Shown here one piece after another: positions 1 to 12,822 of a stretch of DNA of 64,000 bases. Location of the stretch: positions 127,596,001 to 127,660,000 of the forward strand of contig OX597817.1 in assembly GCA_951406725.2 (NCBI GenBank), given 5' to 3'. Numbering within the stretch: the first letter of the stretch is position 1; the number at the start of each line of letters is the position of its first letter. The DNA comes from Octopus vulgaris. Lineage: Eukaryota. The translations under genes were made by a program, and so were the position numbers. Under the pieces are notes generated by a model. That model had not been told where the DNA came from and made no database searches. It saw only the letters and a program-made list of their open reading frames with translations.

Positions 1-42
<42 letters not shown>

Positions 43-68
43 TATACATACATATATATAAATATATG

Positions 69-100
<32 letters not shown>

Positions 101-179
101 AATATATGTATATATATGTACATATATATATATAAATATATGTATATATATATATAAAAATATGCATACATATATATAT
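1..179. repeat. (TA)n-rich microsatellite
   Basis: Seen directly. Confidence 0.95.
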
Positions 180-284
180 CACATGACCGACCAGACCAGA
201 TGTTGTTACATCGCTGGTCACAATGCGTTCGCATTGTTTTAGCCTTCGAATGACGCCACCCCACTGGCTAAGCAAGCAGGCCAA
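180..284. mobile_element. Short interspersed repeat fragment embedded in a (TA)n array
   Basis: GC-richer ~105-bp island flanked by TA repeats. It resembles a repeat I recall from octopus TA arrays, but there is no second copy in the window. Confidence 0.4.
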
Positions 285-644
285 TACATATATATATATA
301 TATATGCACATACATTGGTTGGGTGCAATTTAGATGTATGAGTAATGAAATATTCAATATATTGCTAAAAGCATGAGTGGTGATGATTGTGTATGTATAC
401 GTGTGTCTATATATGTGTGAGAAACCATGAAATTAAAAAATTAAATCCATAGAATGGTGTGGACAGGCTGCTTGGTACAGTCACTGAGGTTAATTACAAT
501 TATTATAAGTGAGCGATCAGAGATGAATAATATAAAAACTAAATGAATTTTTAGTGGTTGATTATTTTCTTATTTGTTTTATTGGTGATGGCAAAAAGCA
601 GGGTAAGTTTTTATTGTAGCTTCATATGTATTGAGTGGTGTGTG

Positions 645-676
<32 letters not shown>

Positions 677-677
<1 letters not shown>

Positions 678-823
678 GCGCAGATGTGCTGTGTGGTAAG
701 AAGCTTGCTCCCAACTACATGGTTCCGGGTTTAGTCCCATTGCGTGGTACCTTGGGCAAGTTTCTATTGTAGCCTTGGGCCGACCAAAGCCTTTAGTGTG
801 CATTTGATAGACGGAAACTGTTG

Positions 824-862
<39 letters not shown>

Positions 863-1280
863 CATCATGAAATATATACATATATTTTTTTTATTCTTTT
901 AGTTGTTTCACTCATTTCACTACGGCCGTGCCAGAGCACCACGTTACAGAGTTTTTTAGTCGAAGAAACCGACCCCCAGGACTTACTCACGGTAAGCGTA
1001 GTACTTATTTGCCGAACCACTAAGTTACTGAAACCCAAACACACCAATATATATATATATACGTGTGTTTGTCTTTGTGTCTGAGCTTGTCCCCTCACCA
1101 TCCCTTAACAGATGATGTTTGTGTGTTTGGGTTTCTGTAACTTAGTGGTTCAGCAAATAAGTACTACGCTTACCGTGAGTAAGTCCTGGGGTCGGTTTCT
1201 TCGACTAAAAAACTCTGTAAGGTGGTGCTCCGGCACGGCCGTAGTGAAATGACTTGAACAACTAAAAGAATAAAAAAAAA
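677..1280 (+). mobile_element. tRNA-derived SINE, family A, containing an inverted duplication
   Basis: Head aggcgcag..tgtgtggtaagaagcttgct..ggttccgggtt, CORE-like ccttgggcaagt, internal TA tract and tail ..gaacaactaaaaga. Homologous to 6914-7323. Confidence 0.85.
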
Positions 1281-1305
1281 TATATGTATATATTTCATGA
1301 TGAAA

Positions 1306-2180
1306 GTGTCATGGATCCACACATAATTGTGTCTGGCTTGAAGATCAGCGCAAAGGATTATCTGGACATCCTGAAGAACTCCCTGTCAACTTGGATTGAG
1401 CAGAACAATGCTGTGCTTATCCAGAATTCTGCACCATGCTATGGGTCAAAAGCATCACAGGCCTTCCTTGGTGAGAAAGTGCTATTTTTTGTGAGGGCTA
1501 ACATCTGGTCAAGTGATAGCCCAGATCTCAACCTTCTCGATTACTTTTTACGGAGCGTACTTAAAGCAAAGACCAATGCTTCACCACTCAAGTATCAACA
1601 GTTTGAGGACCTGCATCGTGCCTGCGACACGCAAAATCAAAACGGCGGAAGTTGCAGCAGTTGCAAAATGATTTGGTTCTCATGTGGAGATAGTAATTGC
1701 CGAAAAGGGCGGCCATATTGATAAATGTTTTTGTTGTAATAAATCTATATATACAAAGCTGAGGTTATCTGTGTGTGGCAGGTTTGGTAGCCTTCAACTA
1801 ACATTATCTTCTCCGAGACCCTGCGGCGCAAGTTGACCAAAATTGAAAGTATGATAGAAGGCTTGTTCTTCATTCACGAGAAGATAAAATTCAAATCGGA
1901 CCATGTTAACACCAAAAATTATTTACATCAAAATGGTGCTTTTTTTCTATGAAAATCCCTAAATTTTACGATTTTTTTACTTATGTGTCGCCATTTTTCG
2001 GTGTATTTCAACCAGAAAAATATTCACTTAAAGAGAATAACAAGCTACATAATGCAAAATCTTTACTGTTCAAAAATTCCAATTCAAAAGGGTCGAAACA
2101 AACCCGAGCAACACCGGGCGATACTGCTAGTAATACATTAAAATTATATCTGTGGGGAAAAATAGAGACACAACCGTGTA
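1306..2180 (+). mobile_element. Degenerate Tc1/mariner (maT/DD37D-like) transposase 3' half with putative right TIR
   Basis: ORF 1284-1721 has QNSAPCY..Q.FL..F..IWSSDSPDLNLLDY (cf. QQDxAPxH..WPxxSPDLNPLDY). A shifted frame gives VEIVIAEKGGHID. Ends gagacacaaccgtg-TA at 2165-2180. Confidence 0.8.
1744..2130 (+). mobile_element. Non-autonomous Helitron-like element
   Basis: A|TCTATATATAC start, subterminal hairpin cccgagcaacaccggg, CTAG|T end, no TSD. Second copy at 27777-28146. Confidence 0.85.
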
Positions 2181-3468
2181 GAATGTTTAAGAGAAGATTT
2201 ATCGATGTAATAACATGTGTGTCTGTGTGTGCGTCATGTATATAGTAATAATAGACAGGTCGTCACGTGAGCTAAATGCATGTGTGTTTAAGCATAGATG
2301 AATGTGTGTATAAAGAACATATAAGGATGGCAATGAAGGAGTCTATAGCCATAGAAACAAGTAAGATAAATAACACCAGTTCATAGTTATTAGCACACGG
2401 TAGTAGAAATACTGTATCAAGAAGTTGCAGTCATGATGCTGAGCTGGTTACAGGTAGATGCCATGCGTGAAGTCGTGGCATGATGCTGTTGTCTATGAGC
2501 ATCAGAATATGTGTACGAGTGTGTGTGTGTTTCAGAAATGCTAAAGTCTTGACTATTCCACTGTTTATTTTCAGGACTCCATCAGCATTTATTACTGCAG
2601 GACCAACTGTTGGAAATTTAGTCATTATTTCTAGTAATGTGATTAACAACGTCGTTATTCCGTCACTAAGCGATTCAATATTAAGGCAACGTCCACGAGA
2701 CCGAGTAGTTAAATTACAAAACAATCAGCCAAATAATGGCGTTCCATTCGTAAAGAGATTTAACTCAAAACAGACTAATCTACTTTTGTAATATTATCCA
2801 CCGCTATTGTTTCATTTGTTTGCAGTGTTTTATTAAATCCGCAGTCTGCGTGTATGTATGTATGTGTATAGGACTGTAGAAGCGCAGACGACAATAATAA
2901 ACTATTCTATCTTTACAAAAATATGTCTGCCTATCCTCCACTTAACGGTCACAAGATAAAAAAAAAATGGAAAAAGAAACACCCGTGCATGAACCTCAGC
3001 TCAACTGAGCGCAAGAGCTCTATGAATGGACAGACACGAACTACATTAGTCGTTTCTATCGTCTACGTTTTACCATAACATTTTTTTTCTTTTGCCGTCT
3101 GCCATTACGAGAAAATTGTTGTTTTTTTTTCCTTAAATAATAAAATAAATTTTGTTTTTGTTACAGGCATGTTGTAAAATCATGTACCGAACTAAACAAC
3201 TCTACAAACGAGACTGTTAGATGTATTAGCTTCTTTGAATTTCACGATTGGCTAACCAAATTCATTTTATTATTTCATTTTTCACCCCCATCAAATAGAG
3301 AGGTTATCTAGGAACTTTGATGCAAACGAACACTGTGCACTGAAGGAACTGCATTACAAATATTGTAGTTGCAATAAATATAAATATGAAGACTTATAAA
3401 AACAAAAAAAAAACAACAAAAAATAAATCCATCGAACTTTTATCACCTTTGCAAATAATGATGATGGG

Positions 3469-3472
<4 letters not shown>

Positions 3473-3540
<68 letters not shown>
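3473..3540. repeat. (TAA)n/(TTA)n microsatellite
   Basis: Seen directly. Confidence 0.95.
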
Positions 3541-3542
<2 letters not shown>

Positions 3543-4112
3543 GGCGGCGAGCTGGTAGAAACGTTAGCACGTCGGGCGAAATGCGTAGCCGTATTTCGTC
3601 TGCCGTTACGTTCTCAGTTCAAATTCCGCCGAGGTCGACTTTGCCTTTCATCCTTTCGGGGTCGATAAATTAAGTACCAGTTACGCACTGGAGTCGATGT
3701 AATCGGCTTAATACCTATGTCTGTCCTTGTTTGTCCCCTCTGTGTTTAGCCCCTTGTGGGTAGTAAAGAAATAGGTATTTCGTCTGCCGCTACGTTCTGG
3801 GTTCAAATTCCGCCGAGGTCAACTTTGCCTTTCATCCTTTCGGGGTCGATAAATTAAGTACCAGTTACGCACTGGTGTCGATTTAATCCGTTTGTCTGTT
3901 CTTGTTTGTCCCTTCTGTGTTTATCCCCTTGTGGTTAGTAAAGAAATAGGTATTTCGTCTGTCCTCATGTTCTTGAGTTCAAATTCCGCCGGAGTTAACT
4001 TTACCTTTCATCCTTTCGGGGTCGATAAATTAACTACCTGTTGCGTACAGGAGTCGATGTAATCGACTGGCCCAAAATTTCGAGCCTTGTGCCTATAGAA
4101 GAAAGGATTATT
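3541..4112 (+). mobile_element. SINE family B (Nin/Deu-like domain) with internal tandem triplication
   Basis: Head aaggcggcgagctgg. The domain gactttgcctttcatcctttcggggtcgataaattaagtacc occurs three times, in units starting ~3591, 3775 and 3950. Confidence 0.85.
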
Positions 4113-5095
4113 ACGGTGGAGATGGTCGGCTCCATTGTAAAGGAGTATGGGTAGGTTGCAGGGGCTAAAATCAATTCCGACAAGTCGGTGGGATTTCGAC
4201 TGGCAGCTGGAGAGGCATATCGATGCTATCGGACAGTCTCGCCGAACGCTAGACTGACGGATTAGTTAAACCGCTCGATGTCTAGTTTTGTCCCGATCTC
4301 CAGGTGGATAAGAATTGGGAAGAGATGATGAACAATGTGACATCTCTTACCCAGAAATGGGCCGAGACGAAGCTGTTGCTGAAAGGTCGGGCAGAGGTGG
4401 CGAATGCCTACAACGCCTTCTGTCATTATTTATCGTCTGACTGTCCTGCCCTACCCCAGTTACTGCTTGATTAGATTGGAGCGTATCCTGTTTCTTTTCT
4501 TGTAGAAGGGATGCGTTCCAATGGTCAGACGCTCGGTCTGCTGCTAACACCCTCTGTGTGACGGCTTAGGCATGCCGTGACTTTTCTTGCGCAGACAAGC
4601 ACTCAAGTTGCGCTACCTGCAACGATTTCTAGGCGAATGTGTGTGGGCTCCGTTTGTGAGACACGCCTTTCCGCAGCTCGTCTTCTTGACGGAGCTGCAG
4701 TCCTGGGTAAAGGATAGGCCGAGACTGGGCACCTGGCACTTAGAATGTCGTCAGGCGCTCAGTCGTCTACAAGTCTGGCAATAGGATCGGTGGATGTACC
4801 ACTTTAGCTATATACAGAAGATTAGTAGCGGGGAAGTGCGATGAGATTCTCGAGGAGACCTGAGGCGTCAACGAAGACGTACTGGCAAGTCTATTCCAAA
4901 GGACTTTCCGGTCGAGGACTATAATGGATAATTTCCAGATGTCTTTGGCCTGGCAGTGCTACCGGGGTTGCTTCCGGTTCGAGATAACCTTTACAAGCAT
5001 GGATGTGCTGTCAGACGAGCTTGCTCGAGTTGCTCGCAGTGCGACGAAACCGTTCTGCATGCACTCGTTCAGTGTCCGGGCATTGCTGACTTGTA
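4113..5095 (+). mobile_element. Tx1/L1-clade LINE ORF2 fragment (RT C-terminus to CCHC finger), disrupted
   Basis: Manual translation gives AGAKINSDKSVG, DKNWEE..QKWAETKLLLKGRAEVAN, DGLGMP and PVRDNLYKHG..CSSC..DETVLHALVQC, with stops and frameshifts. Confidence 0.85.
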
Positions 5096-6913
5096 GAGTT
5101 ATGTCGCGTTAAGTACCAGTTGAGCTCTGGGTGTCTATGTAATCGACTTATCCCACCGCCTGCTGAACTCGCTGTTCTTGTACGAAATTTGAAATCATTA
5201 TCATCATCATCATCATATATGAAGAATAAGGATTCCTTTATTTGTTCCAAGAGTGACACATGAAAGGTCTTTATCGTAGTAAATTAATTAATAATGATAA
5301 TAGTCATTTTTATCGCTCACACAAAGCCACTTATTTGCTGGGAGATGAACAACCTGTGATCACACTATTTGATCAGTACTTCGGAGTGACGAAAAACATA
5401 GTAAACATCTGGATTTAACCTTAGCACCTGAAGGACAGCAAGGTATTTTCTTTGCCCCTCTAAAAGTTCAATATTTATTTTGAAAAGAATGCCGATGCAA
5501 AAGAAGATATTAAGAAAAGTTTATGTAGAATCGATTAGAAAAACGAAACAAAAATAAAATTGGCGTAGATACCTGAAGTGGACCAGTAGCCTACGTTTTC
5601 GCCAAGAACATGTTATTTCAGTAAGTGAGCCTTCTTCTTTCGGGGTGTGTAAAAGTTGGGAAAATGGCAAGAGTGCATGGTACCACTCTCAGTGTAGACC
5701 TGTGAGTCGGAAGAAAGGAGTTATTAGTTATTATATTTATAAAATTGACTTTAGTATTATCTGTATAGCTGTTGATGTTCTCGATACTTGAGCCGGCTAC
5801 ACTGACTATGACAATAGTACTTGGCTTGGTAGCAGTGAAGATGTACGTTAAAGACGTCTAGATTTCCCTAGCATTTTATACTCCTTTAGGTGGTCGTTAC
5901 TGCCACCATCCTCAGCATCACTGGTGTTGTGCTTGACAGTCATAACAACGTCTTTAACATTACAGTCAACTAGAATATGTCAGAGAAATTGCGTGCTTTC
6001 CTTCTGGTGCTTTATTGAAGGAAAGTTACTGACTTATTTCCAATTCCCTGTTGTTTGGTCGGCACTTCCTTTCTTTTTACATCTGTATAAACAAATCACG
6101 ACATATCAAATTGTATGTAAAATTTTTAAAGGAAAATAATCGATGATTAGTCAATGTGGTTTCACTATTGGAAGCCGAAATAATTAAGTGGTAAGAACAC
6201 TGCGCGGCTGGTTATTCCTGCAACAAAGTAAAGTATCTTAACGAAACGATAAAAATCTATAGTTTAAAGGGCGAAGCCAACACCAAATATAACGATACTA
6301 TAGAGTGTTGCGAAATCGTGACTTACTTTACTGCAACAAAAGAATACTTTAGTAACAGTATTCCACCCGGTTTTCGAAACCGCAGCTCCAAATCACCATA
6401 CAATAATACCATACAAACACCAGTTGCCGACGTCACCTATCTCAAGACCAATGAAATTTTACAAACACCAGTTGCATTGACCTATGTTATGATTGTATAT
6501 ATTTAGGCAGTAGGAATTAAGTTTACGCTTATTAGATGAGGTAACAATAGATTCTATATTGGGCGAAGAGGAGACGGATAATTTCAAAGTAGATCTGTTG
6601 AAGATTGAATGGTATTTATGGTCACGTTGGACGTTAGAGTCTACTATAGTAAAAAAAAGGTTTTAGCTAAGCTCTTAACGTTTACATTAAACTGAAGGAT
6701 CATTAAAAAAATTTTGTACAGCTTTGGCCTGCTTAACCTATATTAGCCTGTCTAATATAGGTCTACACCATCTGAAACTTCGAAGTCATTGTCAACAATA
6801 TTTTTGGTAAAGTATTATGCTCCCACACACGCTCACACACCTACACACACATCTATATATGTATATATTGGAATATTGGCTCTCGAAGCGCGTCACATAA
6901 AGCAATAAACAGT

Positions 6914-7323
6914 AGCACAGGAGTGGCTGTGTGGTAAGTAGCTTGCTAACCAACCACATGGTTCCGGGTTCAGTCCCACTGCGTGGCATCTTGGGCAAGT
7001 GTCTTCTGCTATAGTCCCGGGCCGACCAATGCCTTATGAGTGGATTTGGTAGACGGAAACTGAAAGAAGCCTGTTGTATATATGTATATATATATGTGTG
7101 TGTGTTTGTGCATCTGTGTTTGTCCCCCTAGCATTGCTTGACAACCGATGCTGGTGTGTTTACGTCCCCGTCACTTAGCGGTTCGGCAAAAAAGAGACCG
7201 ATAGAATAAGTACTGGGCTTACAAAGAATAAGTCCCGGGGTCGATTTGCTTGACTAAAGGCGGTGCTCCAGCATGGCCGCAGTCAAATGACTGAAACAAG
7301 TAAAAGAGTAAAAGAGTAAAGAG
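6914..7323 (+). mobile_element. SINE family A, full length
   Basis: A-box-like tggctgtgtgg, B-box-like ggttcagtcc, CORE-like segment, internal (TA)(TG) tract and (AAAAGAGT)n tail. Confidence 0.9.
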
Positions 7324-8907
7324 CCAAATACTGAGTTAAAATCCCCTTTGAATAGAAAAAGTCGAAGGGTGCCGTGTGTGTATATATATATACATATATA
7401 TACGTGTTTGTGAGTGCGTGTATTATATATGTGCGTATGTGTATCATCACAGTCATTACATTGAATGACATAAGCTAGACATACACCGTATACACTAAAT
7501 GCTATTAATCTAGAATAAGTTATATCATTCAATACATCTTAAGTATCTCAATTGTTTCAGTAATATTCATAGAAATCCTTGTTTGTCTTTGTCAAATATT
7601 TCGAATACGAAGATTATATTAAAACTGTCGCTGTAGTCTTTCTCTGATGAGTATAGGATTAAAACCGATTCTTTGCTCAAGAGAAAACATAAAAAAAAGA
7701 AAATAATAATAAAAGAGAACACATGGGCAGACGATTGATAAATTATTAAATCTTGGATTTATTGTTCTTTTGGTTTACGTTTATTCTTGTGTTATCATTT
7801 ATATTCAAAGTATAGAAATCCTTCTTTGTAAAATCCTACTTTATAAGCTGGATAATAAATAATTATTGCAAGAATTATTTATAATGATAGTAAATATAAA
7901 AATAAAAGAAAAATGATATTATCGTTATTGTGATTGTTATTTTTGATGATAGAATCAGTTAAACGTTGAAGAAATTGTCTTTCAGTATTTAGTTCTATGT
8001 ACGTTTACTTCCTGAGTTCAAATCTTACCGAGGTAAATTTTACAATTTTTTTTATATCTCTGGATGAGTGGAGGGTCAATAAAATATAGTACCAGTCAAA
8101 TGGGCCAAGAGAATCCTATCCTTGAACGTTGGATCAGATGTGACGAACGTCTACATCCTTTTCCATGTCTATTACAGGCTCAGCGTCGTGTCTTACCGCA
8201 GCTTACGTCGGACCAAACTGGAGCATCTACTCTTTCCCCTTTTTAAGAAACGGAAGCGTTACATTGGCCAAGAGATATAGATCAATACGTCGCTTCCTTT
8301 CTTCATCTCCGATGTTTTTCCCTCCGAATGATCGTGACCAAATAAAAGTGGAAATTAGGAAACAATAACAAAGAGTGTGACAAAGAAAGGGGAAAAGAAA
8401 AATCAGTAATTGTCGTGTATCGCCGAAAAACAAACGTTCTAAAGAGACATCGAATAACTGACCAAAGAAATACCCACCGCCATCATCCAACCATTGCAAC
8501 AATAACATCAACAACAAATATTAAATCTATAGCTATAAAAACAAAAGCAGTAGTAAATAAACTCGCAAGCGCAACAACCTCAGGTCACGAAAAAGAAAAA
8601 AAAAGACCTTAACATCAACAACTATCTATCCAGTCTAAAGCAACTAAAGTAACAACCAGAAAATACACAACCGCAGTAAAAAAAGAGTATTAAAATAAAG
8701 AAGAAAACTAATAAACGAACTCAACTACAGAGACACTCAACATCACACACTTCTCAACATCATTTCTTTACGAAATGTCAAACTTAGGTTTATGGAAAAC
8801 ATACAATAACATGCCAATAAAATATACACAAAATGGAAGTGTCTCTAGAAACTTCTATTTCGAAACATTGAGCGATAGATTTTTGATGTTAACATAACCA
8901 GAAGACA

Positions 8908-9124
8908 AGGCGGCGAGCTGACAGGATCGTTAGCACGCCGGGCAAAATGCTTAGCGGCAAATCATCCATCTCTACGTTCTGAGTTCAAATTTCACTGATG
9001 TTGACTTTGCCTTCCATCCTTTCGAAGTCGATAAAATAAGTACCATTTAAACACTGAGGTCGATGTAATCGACTTATCTCCGTCCCCCTAACTAACTGGC
9101 TTTGTGCCAAAATTTGGAATCAAT
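8908..9124 (+). mobile_element. SINE family B, full length, with decayed TSD
   Basis: Same head and domain as 3541. Flanks ataaccagaagaca / ataatccgaagata look like an old TSD. Confidence 0.85.
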
Positions 9125-10349
9125 ATAATCCGAAGATAAGATAACTCGAAGACTGGATAAATCTTCTCATATTGTATGGGATTCTTTTAAAAAAGGACGG
9201 AGGAAAAATGTTTGACAATGTTTGCAGAAGAACCATTCCTGGTCTAGAAGCGTTGATTGTATATTGTACCAAACCATTGTATATAACTTCTCTTTTTTCT
9301 CTCCATCCAACATGACTCTATTATGAACCTTAATGTCTTAGTCGGTTTGAATACGTCTTTTGCTCAGCTACTGCAGTCGCTAGATGTATGTGTTAGCTTT
9401 CAGAACAACCAAGGTTTGCAGTATTTTGTCGTTCCTGCTTCATTTCAACGAGTATGACGTGTGCTCGTTTATTTTTGTCCTGGGTCAAGAGTGATAACAG
9501 TGTTCTCTGGGAATATCTAGAGATACAGATGTCCTTCTTGAACTCAGAAGATGCCAATATTTTGATCAAAGTACTTGCAAATATGATGGAATTTGCTTAG
9601 TTGAGATTATTGAATCTACAAAGCACTCGAACTTTTTGACAGTGCTATCCCAAACGAATTTCATCTTATGACGCAGGAAGAATGAATGGCAAAATTGACT
9701 TTTTCTGGAGTTGAACTTAGAAAGTAGAGAACCAAAGCAAATACTGCCAGGAATTTTATTCAATACTCTAACGACTTAGCTACAATAAACGGTTATAAAA
9801 ATATATATTTCCTAACTTATTGATAGAAAAAGCATGAATTTATTTCAAATATGTTTTAAATAATTTGTATCGATTAGTAGAAGGTCCAGAAAAAGCTTTC
9901 ACCAATCAATGGTATTTATGATGGAAAAAATAGAAACAGGTGCAATATCAAAAAATCTCCAGAGAGAATACAGTGTAGAATCTAAAATGAAATCATGAAA
10001 TACATCAATAATAATTTAAGATTAAGAAAAGATGTAATAAAATGAAATAATTTCAACAAGATGGTGAGGGTTTTTGATATTCAATGATTATTTTTCAATT
10101 CAATTCATAAAAAAATATTATATTTACAATGAAAATTACTTTATCGTTAAAGCTGCAATATTGATTCAAGTACAATATCAAATTAACAAACATAACACAT
10201 GATAGTACAATAGTAAATACAATTATAGTAATATTGAAGACAGATACAAGAACGAAAATATTATAATTCACATAGAATAATAATACAATAATTATTGATT
10301 AAGGATGAAAGGCCGGATAACAATAAGGGTGCAGGAGTAAAAATAATGC

Positions 10350-10915
10350 TTTTTGATAGTGACACAAGTACTGTAATTCTGAGAGGAGAGATGTTAGTTT
10401 ATACCATTAACCCTAGGACTTGGTTGACACTATTTTATCGAACATGGGGAGATGTAAAACAAAGTTAACATCGGCAGGGTTTGAATTCAGAACGAATAAA
10501 TACGGTAAAATATTTTACTAACATTCAAACTGACCTGCTAGCTCACCACGTGACAGGAGTAATAATTGTATCTGTTATAGCGCCATGGCGCGACATTTTT
10601 AGGCGGGAGGTTAGTCGGTTACATAAGCTCCAATGCTCAACTGGTACTTAATATATCCTTCTCGAAGGGATGAAAAGCAAAGTCGGCCTCGGCAGAATTT
10701 GAACTTAGAAAATAAAGACAGACGAAATGCTGCTAAGCATTTTGTCCAGCATTGTAATGATAATAATAACAACAACAACAACAATAATAATAATAATAAT
10801 GGTTTCAAATTTTGGCACCAAGACAAAAGGTTTGAGTTAGAGGCTCAGTCAATTAAATCGACACCAGTATTCAACTGAAACTTATTTTATCAACCCCGAA
10901 AAGATAGAAAACCAA
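10350..10915 (-). mobile_element. Cluster of degenerate family B SINEs
   Basis: Reverse-complement matches (ggtactta.., gaatttgaact..agaa) at ~10350-10545, 10570-10760 and 10800-10915. Confidence 0.65.
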
Positions 10916-10927
10916 GAATATAGTACT

Positions 10928-11211
10928 CTAGCTCAGATACCAGGAAACCCCAAAATGGCAGAAATTCAAAAGATAGTGCTCATGGGAATTGACCATATCC
11001 TACGTAAAATACTGTCTATGAAATCGCGAATTTTAAAACAAACTTATAATTTTCTTCTGTTTTCTTAAACATTCTCTAGAACAATACAACGTGCAAAACC
11101 AAATATATGACACCCTAGACATAACACCACCTTGAACTTATTGTCTCTTGAGGTCTCCTGGGGAAACTTAGATTCAACTTGTACAAATACAAAGCAAATG
11201 TCAAACATATA

Positions 11212-11212
<1 letters not shown>
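10928..11212 (+). mobile_element. R4/Dong-like LINE 3' end (copy 1)
   Basis: LAQIPGNPKMAEIQKIVLMGIDHILRKILSM, then a UTR ending in (TAA)n. Confidence 0.75.
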
Positions 11213-11267
<55 letters not shown>

Positions 11268-11604
11268 TTCTCTAAAAGAAATGGAGAAACTTTCACAATA
11301 CAAAGACCTGGAAATAGAGGTAACCAGAATGTGGAGTCTAAAAACAGAAACAATTCCTATCATAGTAGGTGCATTAGGCATGATAAAAAAATATTCAGAC
11401 AAATACATAACAAAGAAACCAGGACTTACAAACACATATAACATACAGATAATTGCACTACTAGGCACCGCACACATCCTACGCAGAACACTTTCCATAC
11501 AATAACCATCAGAGCATCACAACAAATCACAGCACATACCTAAGGCACACAGAGCTGCGCTCGGTAGTGAAGTGAAAGCACGCTATAAAAATAAAACTAT
11601 TGAA
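11268..11604 (+). mobile_element. R4/Dong-like LINE 3' end (copy 2)
   Basis: ORF 11281-11505 EKLSQYKDLEIE..MW..PIIVGALG..LLGTAHILRR is the C-terminus of a restriction-like endonuclease. (TAA)n on both sides. Confidence 0.9.
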
Positions 11605-11626
11605 TGATAATAATAATAATAATAAT

Positions 11627-12123
11627 CTGAAGGCATCGTCGAAAATAAAAATGCAAAATTACTATGTGATTTTATGAGTCAATGCAACCATGAGATAGAG
11701 AATAGGAAGCCAGACATAGTATTAATTGAGAAAGAAAACAAACTATGCTGGATCATAGATATAGCATGCTCAGCTGACAACAAGGTATGCGATAAGGAAG
11801 AAAAATAAGTCGATAGATATGACAGATTAGCTTGAGAATTTAAGCAATTGTGGTCGATGAAAAAGGTAGCGGTGGTACCAGTAATTGTCGGAGTCCCGGG
11901 AAGAGTGAGCAAACATCTCGAGAGGTACGTGGAACAAATAGGAGCTGCAATAAGGGTGGAGCAATTGCAGAAAACAGCATAGCTTGGAATCCCCCGAATA
12001 CTCCGGAAGTGTTCGAAAAATAAGAGGTGTTACCTTAGTTCGCTGCTAGAGAACAGCCGATACCGCAGTACATCTCCAGCGTTAGAAGCAGTACACTGAA
12101 ATAACTTAATCTGACAGTTTTGG
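11627..12123 (+). mobile_element. R4/Dong-like LINE 3' fragment (copy 3)
   Basis: EGIVENKNAKLLCDF..NRKPDIVLIEK..CWIIDIAC..RYDRL..LWSM..VVPVIVG, with stops. PD..D nuclease motif. Confidence 0.85.

Positions 12124-12822
<699 letters not shown>

Noticed and set aside
7280-7310. Hammerhead-like 3' half in the SINE A tail (stem-GAAA-caag-TA)
   Set aside because: No upstream NTGANNA core or stem I; better explained as a LINE-type tail.
8120-8360. Possible LINE endonuclease relic (W..RIDLYL on the minus strand)
   Set aside because: Too little motif support to assign.
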